Assembly: GCA_038062165.1 (NCBI GenBank)
Contig: JBBTXQ010000052.1
Coordinates: forward strand, 11,748-35,747
Direction of reading: 5' to 3'
Length of the DNA stretch: 24,000 bases
DNA from: Patescibacteria group bacterium
GTDB lineage: Bacteria > Patescibacteriota > Minisyncoccia > Phycocordibacterales > DATDSR01
The translations under genes and the position numbers were made by a program. The notes beneath the pieces are model-generated. The model had not been told where the DNA came from, made no database searches, and saw nothing but the letters and a program-made list of their open reading frames with translations. Position 1 is the stretch's first letter; every line of letters begins with the position of its first letter. Positions 1-8,332 of this stretch are shown here, in pieces.

Positions 1-1006
1 GCACAATCGCTCGCCTAATTAGTCTGCGTAAAACATAACCTTGCTCTGTATTTGAGGGCCGCACGCCATCTTCGATGAGAGCGTGCGCGGCGCGCACATG
101 ATCCATCACAATCCTAAATGATCGGGTGTACAATCCTTCACCATATTTTTTACCACTTGTTTGTTCCAGAAGTTTCCTGAAGGGTTCGAAAATATCAATC
201 ATGAATATATCTGGATTTTTGATAGACCCGGCCGTGATGCGCTCTAGCCCCCCACCGAAATCTACGTTTCGCCTAGGCAATTTGACGAAATTATCTGACG
301 ACTCGCGCTTGTACTCCATGAAGACAGAATTGCCAATCTCCATGAAGCGCCCACAACCGCAATTAGGATGACAGGTCTCGTTCTTCCACTCGCTCTGCTC
401 GTGCAAACCAGGCTCGATTCCGAAATCATAGAAAACTTCGGAGTCTGGCCCGGCCGGATCACCCACGGGAGTGTTCTCCGGCGGTCCACCGCGGCTCCAC
501 CAATTCTTCTTACCTCCATAGAAAAATATTCTCTCCTCTGGTACGCCCAAACTCTTCCAGATCTCAAACGATTCATTATCACGAGGCAGGCCGAATTTCT
601 CATCACCCTCGAAGCAAGTCACACTCAATCGCTCCTTGTCTATTTCTATAATTTCTGTCACGAATTCGTAGAACCAACTCAACTGCTCTTTCTTGAAGTA
701 ACCTGCGCCGGCCGTAGCGTCGGCGTCGCCGAACGACCAGTTACCCAGCATTTCAAAATAAGTAGTGTGACGATTGTCTCCCACTTCCTCAATATCTTGC
801 GCACGAAATGAGCGCTGTGAGTTAGCAATGCGCACGCCCGCCGGATGCTCTCGTCCAAGTAGATACGGCACAAGGGGCTGCATGCCTGAACTTGTAAAAA
901 GTGTAGTGGGATCATTCTCTGGCACAAGCGATGCCCCAGACACGATAGTGTGCCCCTTCGACTTCATAAACTCCAAATATTTCTCTCGCACTTCAGAAAC
1001 TTTCAT
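1..1006 (-). CDS. alaS: alanine--tRNA ligase, N-terminal catalytic region (partial, continues past the left edge)
   Basis: Not in the ORF track because there is no stop inside the window. Manual minus-strand translation from the ATG at 1006 is uninterrupted: MKVSEVREKYLEFMKSKGHTIV..FTSSGMQPLVPYLLG..RHTTYFEMLGNWSFGD..YFKKE..DFGGGLERI..DHVRAAHALIEDGVRPSNTEQGYVLRRLIRRA. These are classic AlaRS motifs. Confidence 0.9.
   Translation of the reverse strand, partial: MKVSEVREKYLEFMKSKGHTIVSGASLVPENDPTTLFTSSGMQPLVPYLLGREHPAGVRIANSQRSFRAQDIEEVGDNRHTTYFEMLGNWSFGDADATAGAGYFKKEQLSWFYEFVTEIIEIDKERLSVTCFEGDEKFGLPRDNESFEIWKSLGVPEERIFFYGGKKNWWSRGGPPENTPVGDPAGPDSEVFYDFGIEPGLHEQSEWKNETCHPNCGCGRFMEIGNSVFMEYKRESSDNFVKLPRRNVDFGGGLERITAGSIKNPDIFMIDIFEPFRKLLEQTSGKKYGEGLYTRSFRIVMDHVRAAHALIEDGVRPSNTEQGYVLRRLIRRAIV
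701..724. repeat. 24-nt GC-rich in-frame insertion in alaS
   Basis: ACCTGCGCCGGCCGTAGCGTCGGC on the plus strand encodes ADATAGAG between FGD and YFK of the conserved GNxSFGDYFK motif. It contains the CGCCG/CGGCG inverted repeat. Confidence 0.6.
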
Positions 1007-1011
1007 GATCA

Positions 1012-2115
1012 CTATTCTACCACGCCACCACCAAGACAGATATTGCTGTCATAAAACACAATTGACTGGCCGGGGGCTACAAGAACTGGCTGTTTGAATG
1101 TGACAGTGTTCCCACTTACTGTGCAGGGTAGCTTCTCGCCGTGGTAGCGGACCTGACAGGTACTAGGTACTAGGTCATAGGTATTAGGTTGAGAACCGGA
1201 GATCCAGTTTATATCTTTGAGTTTTATATCCCTCCTTTGCCCTCCCTTATTATAAGGGAGGGTCGGGGTGAGATGATTCTTTGTCACAATGAGTAGATTT
1301 TTCTCAACATCTTTACCCACCACATACTGTCCCAATATTTTCTCACCTAAGGTGTAAAACAGCGCTCCTTCATGTTCACCAATCACTTTTGTTCGAGCCC
1401 CGGCCTCGAACACTTTACCGGGCTTTGTTTTTATGTAATGTGATAGGAATTCTTTCATATCTACGTCGCCCAAAAAGCATATCCCTTGCGAATCTTTCTT
1501 GCTTGCGACCGGCAGCCGCAGCTGCCTCGCAAGCTCCCTAACTTCACTTTTCAATAAGTGCCCCACTGGGAAAATATTTTTTGATAGTTGATCTTGTGTG
1601 AGTGTCCACAAGAAATAACTCTGATCTTTAGCAGGATCAACTCCACGAAGTAGCTGTATCTCTCCCCTGCCCTCCCTTAACATAAGGGAGGGTGAGGGTG
1701 GGATAATCTGCGCATAATGCCCCGTGGCAATCGCATCAGCACCCATCTCGAGCGCTTTACGCAGAAATGCGCCGAACTTAATCTCTTTATTGCACATCAC
1801 ATCCGGGTTGGGCGTGCGACCGGACTTATATTCACTAATCATGTAATCCACCACACTCTCTTTATATTCTTTTTCTAGGTCTATTGTTACAAAGGGAATG
1901 TCTAAATGTGCCGCCACGCGCATGGCATCACGTCGCTCATTTCTCCAAGCGCAGCTTGCTCCGCGAAGCCCTGCCTTGCCGGCAGGCAGGTTTAGCGAAG
2001 CAGGAGGCGTCCATGTCTTAATAAAAGCACCCAAAACTTGAGCGCCTGCGCGTTTTAATAGTGCCGCTGACACAGCACTATCGACTCCGCCAGATAGGCC
2101 AATCATAACTCTCAT
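1012..2115 (-). CDS. mnmA: tRNA 2-thiouridine(34) synthase MnmA
   Basis: 367-aa ORF with the PP-loop GLSGGVDSAV and the motifs GRTPNPDVMCNKEIKFGAF, ATGHYA, KDQSYFL and DSQGICF. Confidence 0.93.
   Translation of the reverse strand: MRVMIGLSGGVDSAVSAALLKRAGAQVLGAFIKTWTPPASLNLPAGKAGLRGASCAWRNERRDAMRVAAHLDIPFVTIDLEKEYKESVVDYMISEYKSGRTPNPDVMCNKEIKFGAFLRKALEMGADAIATGHYAQIIPPSPSLMLREGRGEIQLLRGVDPAKDQSYFLWTLTQDQLSKNIFPVGHLLKSEVRELARQLRLPVASKKDSQGICFLGDVDMKEFLSHYIKTKPGKVFEAGARTKVIGEHEGALFYTLGEKILGQYVVGKDVEKNLLIVTKNHLTPTLPYNKGGQRRDIKLKDINWISGSQPNTYDLVPSTCQVRYHGEKLPCTVSGNTVTFKQPVLVAPGQSIVFYDSNICLGGGVVE
1154..1188. repeat. tandem heptamer repeat (TnnTAGG x5) inside mnmA
   Basis: TGACAGG TACTAGG TACTAGG TCATAGG TATTAGG, translated as PNTYDLVPSTCQ. 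Confidence 0.75.
1240..1262. repeat. palindrome CCCTCCCTTA-nnn-TAAGGGAGGG, copy 1 (in mnmA)
   Basis: 10-nt perfect arms with a 3-nt spacer and G/C-rich flanks (CCTCCTTTG / TCGGGGTGAG). Confidence 0.85.
1670..1692. repeat. palindrome CCCTCCCTTA-nnn-TAAGGGAGGG, copy 2 (in mnmA)
   Basis: The arms are identical to copy 1 and the flanks are similar (CTCCCCTG / TGAGGGTGGG). It is read in a different frame from copy 1. Confidence 0.85.
1970..1990. repeat. GC-rich palindrome CCTGCCTTGCCGGCAGGCAGG (in mnmA)
   Basis: Near-perfect 21-nt palindrome encoding NLPAGKAGL. Near-identical copies lie at 7590-7610 and 19928-19947. Confidence 0.9.
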
Positions 2116-2144
2116 GCCCTACAGTCTATATCAAAAAAGCCACT

Positions 2145-2741
2145 TTACGCATCAGAATTTATTTCTACGTTCATAAGCTTCTGATATACCGACAGACACG
2201 CCCGTGCGTCCGATAGGGCAGTATGGGCGTTATTGTTGGTAATGTCATAATATTGACATAGGCTCCGGAGAGCATACGATTCAAGCATCACGTCTCCCCC
2301 GAGCACCTTCTTAGAGATTGAGTATGTGTCTAACGAATGTCGCGGACTCCATGTAAAGCCGTGTCGAGCGAAGAATGCAGCAAGCATAAGTATGTCGAAA
2401 TGCACTACATGTCCGGCTACCACTACAGAGTTCATTTTTGGATCTTCGTTTAGAGGCTTATAGAGAATGGATAGCAGTGTCTGGTAGGCTTCCTGTGGCG
2501 ACAGGGCTCTAGTCCAATCATCCGGTGTATATTTGTTAATACGGAATGCTATCGGATCGGCAAGTTCTGGGTGATCAGGCTTAATTTTTATTTCAAGTTC
2601 GCGTAACAACTTGTGAGTAAGTTGTTTGCCGCTGCGAGTTTCCTTAACTTCCACGATTCCTACAGATATGATCTCGTGCCGACGATGATCTAACCCTGTG
2701 GTCTCGGTGTCGATAAAGTGAATAATATAATCAGATGCCAT
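2145..2741 (-). CDS. DEDDh 3'-5' exonuclease (DnaQ/epsilon-like)
   Basis: 198 aa with Exo I FIDTETTGLD, Exo II GHVVHFDILML and Exo III HTALSDARA. Confidence 0.8.
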   Translation of the reverse strand: MASDYIIHFIDTETTGLDHRRHEIISVGIVEVKETRSGKQLTHKLLRELEIKIKPDHPELADPIAFRINKYTPDDWTRALSPQEAYQTLLSILYKPLNEDPKMNSVVVAGHVVHFDILMLAAFFARHGFTWSPRHSLDTYSISKKVLGGDVMLESYALRSLCQYYDITNNNAHTALSDARACLSVYQKLMNVEINSDA

Positions 2742-3516
2742 ATTTTTTTCTGTTCGCGTTATGCTCCTCGAATGTAACTGCGTAATGCGTTACGCCTGAT
2801 TCATCTGATAAATAGTATAAGTATTTTGAGGCTGTGGGAAACCTGACTACATTTATTGCATCGAGTCCCGGATTAACTATGGGTCTCTCTGGTAAACCAA
2901 TTATGTCATAAGTTTCTGGTGCAACGTCAACCTGTAGTGGCATGCTTAATTTTAATCGCTTTTGAAGTATTCCGGCAATCAATTTTCTATCAATACGACT
3001 ACTTGCTTCTTCCTCAACAATAGATGCCAAAATAAGATCTCGATAATCTATTTCCCCAACCTTAGTTTTGAAATTAGATATCATCGTGTCTATAATTTCA
3101 TCAAGAGTAAAGAATTGATCGAAAAAATATGTATCTGGAAACAAGTAGCCCTGAAAATCCTTGCCAATTTCCATTCCGATTATTTCACTGATCTGCGCAT
3201 TACTCGATCCCTCCGGGATAGTTATTCTACGTATGATTGTCCCATAATCACCATTGTGTACACGCAAGAGAACTGCTAGTAGGTCAGCGCGGTGCTCGAA
3301 AACATAACGTCCTGCTTTTAGATCGTCACTTAGACCAGTAACTCTAGAGATAATTTTGAACAAAGCTACAGATCTAATTACTTTTTGATCCTTCAACTCA
3401 CCTGCTACATCAGCGCCCTTTCTTATTTCAACTTTTTGATTGATTGGGAAGTCGCTAGGCGCGCTAACTGAACCAAACATTAATACCAGTACAAGTATGA
3501 AAAAGACCCATCTCAT
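2731..3516 (-). CDS. mltG: endolytic murein transglycosylase MltG (YceG-like)
   Basis: 261 aa with an N-terminal TM helix and the motifs LKAGRY, ITIPEG, LFPDTYFF, ASIVEEEA, PLQVD, GLPERPIVNPG and HYAVTFEEH. Confidence 0.85.
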   Translation of the reverse strand: MRWVFFILVLVLMFGSVSAPSDFPINQKVEIRKGADVAGELKDQKVIRSVALFKIISRVTGLSDDLKAGRYVFEHRADLLAVLLRVHNGDYGTIIRRITIPEGSSNAQISEIIGMEIGKDFQGYLFPDTYFFDQFFTLDEIIDTMISNFKTKVGEIDYRDLILASIVEEEASSRIDRKLIAGILQKRLKLSMPLQVDVAPETYDIIGLPERPIVNPGLDAINVVRFPTASKYLYYLSDESGVTHYAVTFEEHNANRKKYGI

Positions 3517-4769
3517 CAGACAGGCAGACCTACCTGTCCGGTAGGCAGGTTAGCGGGGGCTTCGGATTTTTTAGATTCGATTCTTGGAAGACCTCCAGAG
3601 GTAATTACACCACCGGGGAAATGAAAAATAGTGGCTAATTCTTCAGTATTAAGCACAAATGGTTTGAATTTGTACGGCGGATAGAAATAGCTGCGCGTTC
3701 TATACGCATCAAGCATCATATACTTGAGCCAGCGCATTTTCTTTTTTGTAATTCCCAACCAACCCTGTATAACAGCATCGTCACTCGTGCTCAAATCACT
3801 CTTAAAACCGTTGAGATTAAGCGTTGCGTATTGCGCAAACAAGTTGATTAGAGAGAGCTGGTGTGAAAGTTGATATTTATCTTTGGGCGCGGCATATATC
3901 ATGCGTATTCCGCAATCGAAGCCAATCTTTGAGATGCTCCTCTCAATTGCTTTTACAACATCCTGCTCACCCGGTGAAAGTTTAAGTTGTCCCAATTCAA
4001 TCTTGATTGCTCCATCTTTATCCTTTTTTGTAGTCTCACCTTTCTTGTCCATAAGTTTTTTAACCAGATCTGCCCCTTCGTCTTTCCAGCCTTTCTTCTT
4101 TTTCCAGAAGCCGGGTACCGGCACTCTATCCTTGGCCGCCTGCACAAGTATCTGAATACCGGCGTACTCGCCAGCTCCAAGTGATCCAAGATACTCGATA
4201 GTAGGCGTGAGTGGATCAGTTTTCATTTCCTCCTTGAGCGACATATTATCCAAGCCGTAATCCACATAAGTCTTAATTGGGTACGGGTCCGGCATGGCCA
4301 GCTTGAGCTGTGCGCCGTAGAAGCTCCAACCCTCACTTTCGCTTGATTTGATCAAATGTACATAATCCTCTGCTTCGCGAACCTCGATATCTCCATACTG
4401 CGCATATATCTGCGACTCTATTAAATGTTTGAAAAGTTTGAGAGTGCGGATATAGAAATGCATTCTGCCTTCAATGCTCACCATCTCCAGAGTGAACCAT
4501 GTGCGAAGTGAGCCTTCAACGAGTCTAGTCCACCATGTGCCCGAATAACCTTGAGCAAATGCGCCGAAGATAATCTCCATAGATTGTGGAGATTTGAAAA
4601 TTTCTTTCGGAAGTATAACTTCAAGCAGTACCCAGGGTTTACCGTGGAAAATATTTTTCATTTGGACAAAACGTTTCCAAACAATCCACAGTACTACGCA
4701 AATAACCGGGACTAATATAAACGGCAGGACATAAACAAGATAAGGTAAAAGAATATCAAGAACACTCAT
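3516..4769 (-). CDS. hypothetical protein with N-terminal TM helix and a Lys-rich internal segment
   Basis: 417-aa ORF with coding-like composition. Its stop overlaps the mltG start (TGATG). I recognise no family. Confidence 0.65.
   Translation of the reverse strand: MSVLDILLPYLVYVLPFILVPVICVVLWIVWKRFVQMKNIFHGKPWVLLEVILPKEIFKSPQSMEIIFGAFAQGYSGTWWTRLVEGSLRTWFTLEMVSIEGRMHFYIRTLKLFKHLIESQIYAQYGDIEVREAEDYVHLIKSSESEGWSFYGAQLKLAMPDPYPIKTYVDYGLDNMSLKEEMKTDPLTPTIEYLGSLGAGEYAGIQILVQAAKDRVPVPGFWKKKKGWKDEGADLVKKLMDKKGETTKKDKDGAIKIELGQLKLSPGEQDVVKAIERSISKIGFDCGIRMIYAAPKDKYQLSHQLSLINLFAQYATLNLNGFKSDLSTSDDAVIQGWLGITKKKMRWLKYMMLDAYRTRSYFYPPYKFKPFVLNTEELATIFHFPGGVITSGGLPRIESKKSEAPANLPTGQVGLPV
3519..3549. 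repeat. degenerate CCTGCC/GGCAGG-type nested inverted repeats at a gene junction
   Basis: GACAGG..CCTGTC and CCTACC..GGTAGG, followed by GGCAGG. It encodes the C-terminal NLPTGQVGLPV plus the stop. Confidence 0.6.
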
Positions 4770-4788
4770 AGTGAAATAATACCACAGA

Positions 4789-5826
4789 TTATCCTACCAG
4801 TGAGTATTTGCCTTTTACGTCTTTTCTGAAATAGCGAGGATTCTGAAGGTTGACGTAGATTGTGTTCTCCTTTACCTGACGTTGTTTGAGTACCTCCTTT
4901 ATCAAATCTTCTTTACTAAGTGCATTCTTTTCCTTAAGAATACTCTTGATCACATCGCGGACAACACCGTTTGTGTAGCCCCATTCTGATAGAGCGTACA
5001 GACCACGTCCAACTAGCACGAATCTGTCGTCCTTTATTAGTTCGTTGTGGGTAGTAGCTTTGTGGGCGCTCTTACCGAACCACTTTTCGATCTGCTCGGC
5101 CACTTCTGTGAAGTGGAGTGGCTTGCCATGCTTACGCAAAACAAGATATGAATAGTCGCGAATACCTCGAGTGCGTATGCTTGGCGAATCTGCAAGCCCC
5201 CACTCGCCCAAAACATTCGCGCCAATATTCTTCGAGAGCTCTAGCCATTTACGGGCTTGCTCTTCACTCACATATTTTTCTAAATCAGCCTTTAGGTGTT
5301 CCGCGAAGCGCTCAATCATTTCAGCTTCAGCGATTAAATCATCCTTGTTCAAGCCCTCATGAAGTGCTGTAAGGGCGCTGTGCACTTTTTCTGCCTCATC
5401 TTCATCCAATGTCCAACGATGATGGAAATTATCATCTTCCTTCAAACGCACGAACGAATCACCCAATTCAAGCATGAATGCAATTTGATTCTTGGTAACC
5501 TGATCCTTACCTAATTCATTCAAAATTATTTCTTCCTTCGCTAGGCCCCCATGGCCGGTAAGATAATCTTCAAGCTCCTCGAACACGGGAGTAGCCTTGT
5601 TATACTCATCGGATTTGCGAATTGTTTCCATTGCGAAGTTCTCGATCTGCCTAACGCGTTCACGTGTGATATTGTAGATCTCACCAATCGCCTCGAGGGT
5701 CATTGGTTCACCAGTTTTGCCAGCAAGTCCATATCTGCGTTCAATCACATCGCGAGCACGTTCAGGCAAACTAGTAAGGAGTGACCTAGTCACCTGTCCT
5801 GCCTTAAAATTAGGTTTAACTCCCAT
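4789..5826 (-). CDS. DNA-binding protein with an N-terminal sigma-70 region-4-like HTH and a C-terminal HARE-HTH-like domain
   Basis: 345 aa. RARDVIERRYGL..MTLEAIGEIYNITRERVRQIE is sigma-r4-like. The C-terminal PLHFTEVAEQI..DDRFVLVGRGLYALSEW resembles RpoE-delta/HARE-HTH. Sigma region 2 is absent. Confidence 0.65.
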   Translation of the reverse strand: MGVKPNFKAGQVTRSLLTSLPERARDVIERRYGLAGKTGEPMTLEAIGEIYNITRERVRQIENFAMETIRKSDEYNKATPVFEELEDYLTGHGGLAKEEIILNELGKDQVTKNQIAFMLELGDSFVRLKEDDNFHHRWTLDEDEAEKVHSALTALHEGLNKDDLIAEAEMIERFAEHLKADLEKYVSEEQARKWLELSKNIGANVLGEWGLADSPSIRTRGIRDYSYLVLRKHGKPLHFTEVAEQIEKWFGKSAHKATTHNELIKDDRFVLVGRGLYALSEWGYTNGVVRDVIKSILKEKNALSKEDLIKEVLKQRQVKENTIYVNLQNPRYFRKDVKGKYSLVG

Positions 5827-5848
5827 GTCCTAGTTTTATCATTATATA

Positions 5849-8320
5849 CTAATTTGTCAAGACGTTAAGCACTATCCCCGGCTTATATACAACCCGAAGA
5901 ACCTGCTTACCTTCAAGCCTCTTGGCTATAATAGGGCTAGACAGAGCCACTGTTTTAACCTCCTCCTCGCTTGAGTCACTGGACACAAATATGCTCCCGC
6001 CAATCCTGCTATTGATCTGAACTCGCAGATTTATCACATTTCCCTCTACTCCCGTTAGTTCACTCACTTGTGGCCATTTTTGTATATGGATAGAGTCAGT
6101 ATGACCCAATTGGTGCCATAATTCTTCGCAAATATGGGGTGCGAAAGGGGCAAGTAATTTTAAAAAAGTTTCTAGGTTATAGGTATTAGGTACTAGGTTT
6201 TCTAATTCCCGAGAAAGAATCATCAGCTTGCTGACAGCAGTATTGAATTTGAAGTTCTCTATATCAGAACTTATCCCTCTGATGTATTTACTTATTTTCA
6301 GATCTACGCTTTGGTTTTGAGTTTTGCGTTTTGAGTTTTGCGTTACCATCTTCCACACTCTCTCCAAGAATCTTCTGGGCCCAATTATCGCCTCATCATT
6401 CCACGCCACAGAATCTGCAAAGGGCCCCAGAAACATTTCGTACAATCTGAAGGTATCAGCTCCCCAACGCTCGATCACCTCATCAGGGTTAGCCACATTG
6501 CCCCAGCGCTTACTCATTTTGCGACCATCACTTGCGTGTATTAAACCAGTGCCGATTCTCTTTGAGAATGGCTCTATCGTACTCACTGCCCCAATATCAT
6601 AGAGAAACTTATGCCAGAAACGGGCATAGATTAAGTGCCTGGTCACATGTTCTGCGCCTCCCACGTACACATCAACCCCCGCCCAATATTTCTCAATTTT
6701 TTTGTCCACCAATACACCCTCGTTATGGGGATCCACAAAGCGCAAGTAATACCATGAACTACCGGCCCATTGGGGCATCGTGTTAGTCTCACGCCTGCCC
6801 TTGCCACCGCACTTGGGGCACTTCACGTTCACCCATTCTGGGATATCAGCGAGCGGTGACTCGCCTGTGCCAGTGGGCTCATAATGTTTAACCTCCGGCA
6901 ACTTAACAGGAAGCTCACTCTCTGGAACTGCCACTACTCCACATCCGCCAGTTGGCGGACTTCCCTTACCATCACAATGAATTAAGGGAATGGGCTCGCC
7001 CCAATATCTCTGTCGAGAGAAGACCCAATCACGCAACCTATACATCGTCACTCGTTTGGCCCATTTGTTTTCAATCACATATTCTGCGATCAGGTCGCGC
7101 AACTCTGCACCTGTTTTGCCAGATAAATTAAGTGGCTCGAGAAGGATGCCATTTTTCATATCTGAATAACACACTTCAAAATTTTCTACCCTCTTTTTTA
7201 ACTCCTGATCTTGTGGGACTAAAACAATCTTAATGGGTATATTATATTTTTTCGCAAATGCGAAATCTTGCTCGTCATGCGCAGAACACTTAATCACACC
7301 TGTCCCGTAATCTGTAACGGCAAAGTTCGCCACCCAGATTGGCAAATGGCCGTTACCAAGCGGATCGTCTAGGAATCGCCCAGTGAACACTCCTTCCAAC
7401 TCTCCTGTTTTGTATTTATCTTGTAAGCGCTTGATATTTATTTCCTCTACCTTATTTCTTATTTCTTTTTCTCCTTCTACTCCCTTTATCAAATCATCTA
7501 ATAATGCGTGATCTGGAGCAATCACAACAAATGTGTCGGCGTAACAGGCCTCGTAGTGCGCGCTGAATGTCTCAAGTTCTATTTTAGTACCTGCCTTGCC
7601 GTCAGGCAGGTCTTTAACTCTGGCCTTGAAAAGTAATCCATCCGATTTGCCAATCCACTGTCTCTGACCTTCTTTGATAAACTCCGGCCAATTAAGTGCT
7701 TCCAAATCATCCAGTAATCTATCTGCGTATTTTGTTATTTTTAGGACCCACTGTCGCATGGGCTTCTTGACCACCTGTGAGCCGCATCTCTCGCATTTCC
7801 CATTTTCAAGATCCTCATTGGCAAGTCCTGTCTGACATGACGGGCACCAGTTGATAGGCTCGTTACTCTCGTATGCCAGACCCTTTTTAAACATCTGTAA
7901 GAAGATCCACTGCGTCCATTTATAGTAATCCGGATCAGTTGTATTGATCTCGCGCGACCAGTCGTAATCAGGACCAATCAAGTTTAGTTGCGATTTGAAT
8001 CTGGCAATATTCTGCTCTACTGCTTCTCTGGGATGGATCTTGTGTTTGATAGCATAATTCTCGGCAGGCAAACCAAATGCATCCCAGCCCATCGGATGCA
8101 AAACAGAATACCCCTGCATCCGCTTCATTCGGGCGTATATATCAGTGGCTATGTGCCCTTTTAGGTGACCAACGTGCAGACCCTCACCCGAAGGATAAGG
8201 GAACTCATTCAGAACGTAAAATTTGGGTCTGTCTTGATCTTCGCTAGACTTGTATATTCCCGACTCTGCCCAAATCTTCTGCCACTTTGCCTCTATCTTT
8301 TTTGGATCATACTCGCTCAT
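5849..8320 (-). CDS. leuS: leucine--tRNA ligase
   Basis: 823 aa with the HIGH motif (PYPSGEGLHVGHLKGH), the KMSKS motif (GRKMSKRWGN), and RDWVFSRQRYWGEPIP. Confidence 0.95.
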   Translation of the reverse strand: MSEYDPKKIEAKWQKIWAESGIYKSSEDQDRPKFYVLNEFPYPSGEGLHVGHLKGHIATDIYARMKRMQGYSVLHPMGWDAFGLPAENYAIKHKIHPREAVEQNIARFKSQLNLIGPDYDWSREINTTDPDYYKWTQWIFLQMFKKGLAYESNEPINWCPSCQTGLANEDLENGKCERCGSQVVKKPMRQWVLKITKYADRLLDDLEALNWPEFIKEGQRQWIGKSDGLLFKARVKDLPDGKAGTKIELETFSAHYEACYADTFVVIAPDHALLDDLIKGVEGEKEIRNKVEEINIKRLQDKYKTGELEGVFTGRFLDDPLGNGHLPIWVANFAVTDYGTGVIKCSAHDEQDFAFAKKYNIPIKIVLVPQDQELKKRVENFEVCYSDMKNGILLEPLNLSGKTGAELRDLIAEYVIENKWAKRVTMYRLRDWVFSRQRYWGEPIPLIHCDGKGSPPTGGCGVVAVPESELPVKLPEVKHYEPTGTGESPLADIPEWVNVKCPKCGGKGRRETNTMPQWAGSSWYYLRFVDPHNEGVLVDKKIEKYWAGVDVYVGGAEHVTRHLIYARFWHKFLYDIGAVSTIEPFSKRIGTGLIHASDGRKMSKRWGNVANPDEVIERWGADTFRLYEMFLGPFADSVAWNDEAIIGPRRFLERVWKMVTQNSKRKTQNQSVDLKISKYIRGISSDIENFKFNTAVSKLMILSRELENLVPNTYNLETFLKLLAPFAPHICEELWHQLGHTDSIHIQKWPQVSELTGVEGNVINLRVQINSRIGGSIFVSSDSSEEEVKTVALSSPIIAKRLEGKQVLRVVYKPGIVLNVLTN
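6170..6197. repeat. tandem heptamer repeat (TnnTAGG x4) inside leuS
   Basis: TTCTAGG TTATAGG TATTAGG TACTAGG, translated as NLVPNTYNLE. Confidence 0.75.
6314..6341. repeat. exact 14-nt tandem duplication inside leuS
   Basis: GTTTTGAGTTTTGC x2, translated as TQNSKRKTQNQS. Confidence 0.8.
6944..6959. repeat. palindrome TCCGCCAGTTGGCGGA inside the leuS zinc knuckle
   Basis: 7-bp arms. The surrounding codons give HC-DGKGSPPTGG-CGVV where LeuRS homologues have HCxxCG. Confidence 0.65.
7590..7610. repeat. GC-rich palindrome CCTGCCTTGCCGTCAGGCAGG (in leuS)
   Basis: 20/21 identical to the mnmA copy. It encodes DLPDGKAGT in the same frame. Confidence 0.9.
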
Positions 8321-8332
8321 CTCTAATTACTA

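Noticed and set aside
83-97. Palindrome GTGCGCGGCGCGCAC inside alaS, considered as another inserted element
   Set aside because: It encodes DHVRAAHA, which aligns without length change to the conserved AlaRS ADHIRS segment. It is native sequence that happens to be palindromic, so not every GC palindrome here is an insertion.
126-1097. Track ORFs 126-371(+), 262-606(-), 368-811(+), 679-927(-) and 774-1097(+)
   Set aside because: All lie antisense to, or out of frame with, the uninterrupted alaS reading frame (1-1006, minus), which shows unmistakable AlaRS motifs. Their products are not protein-like.
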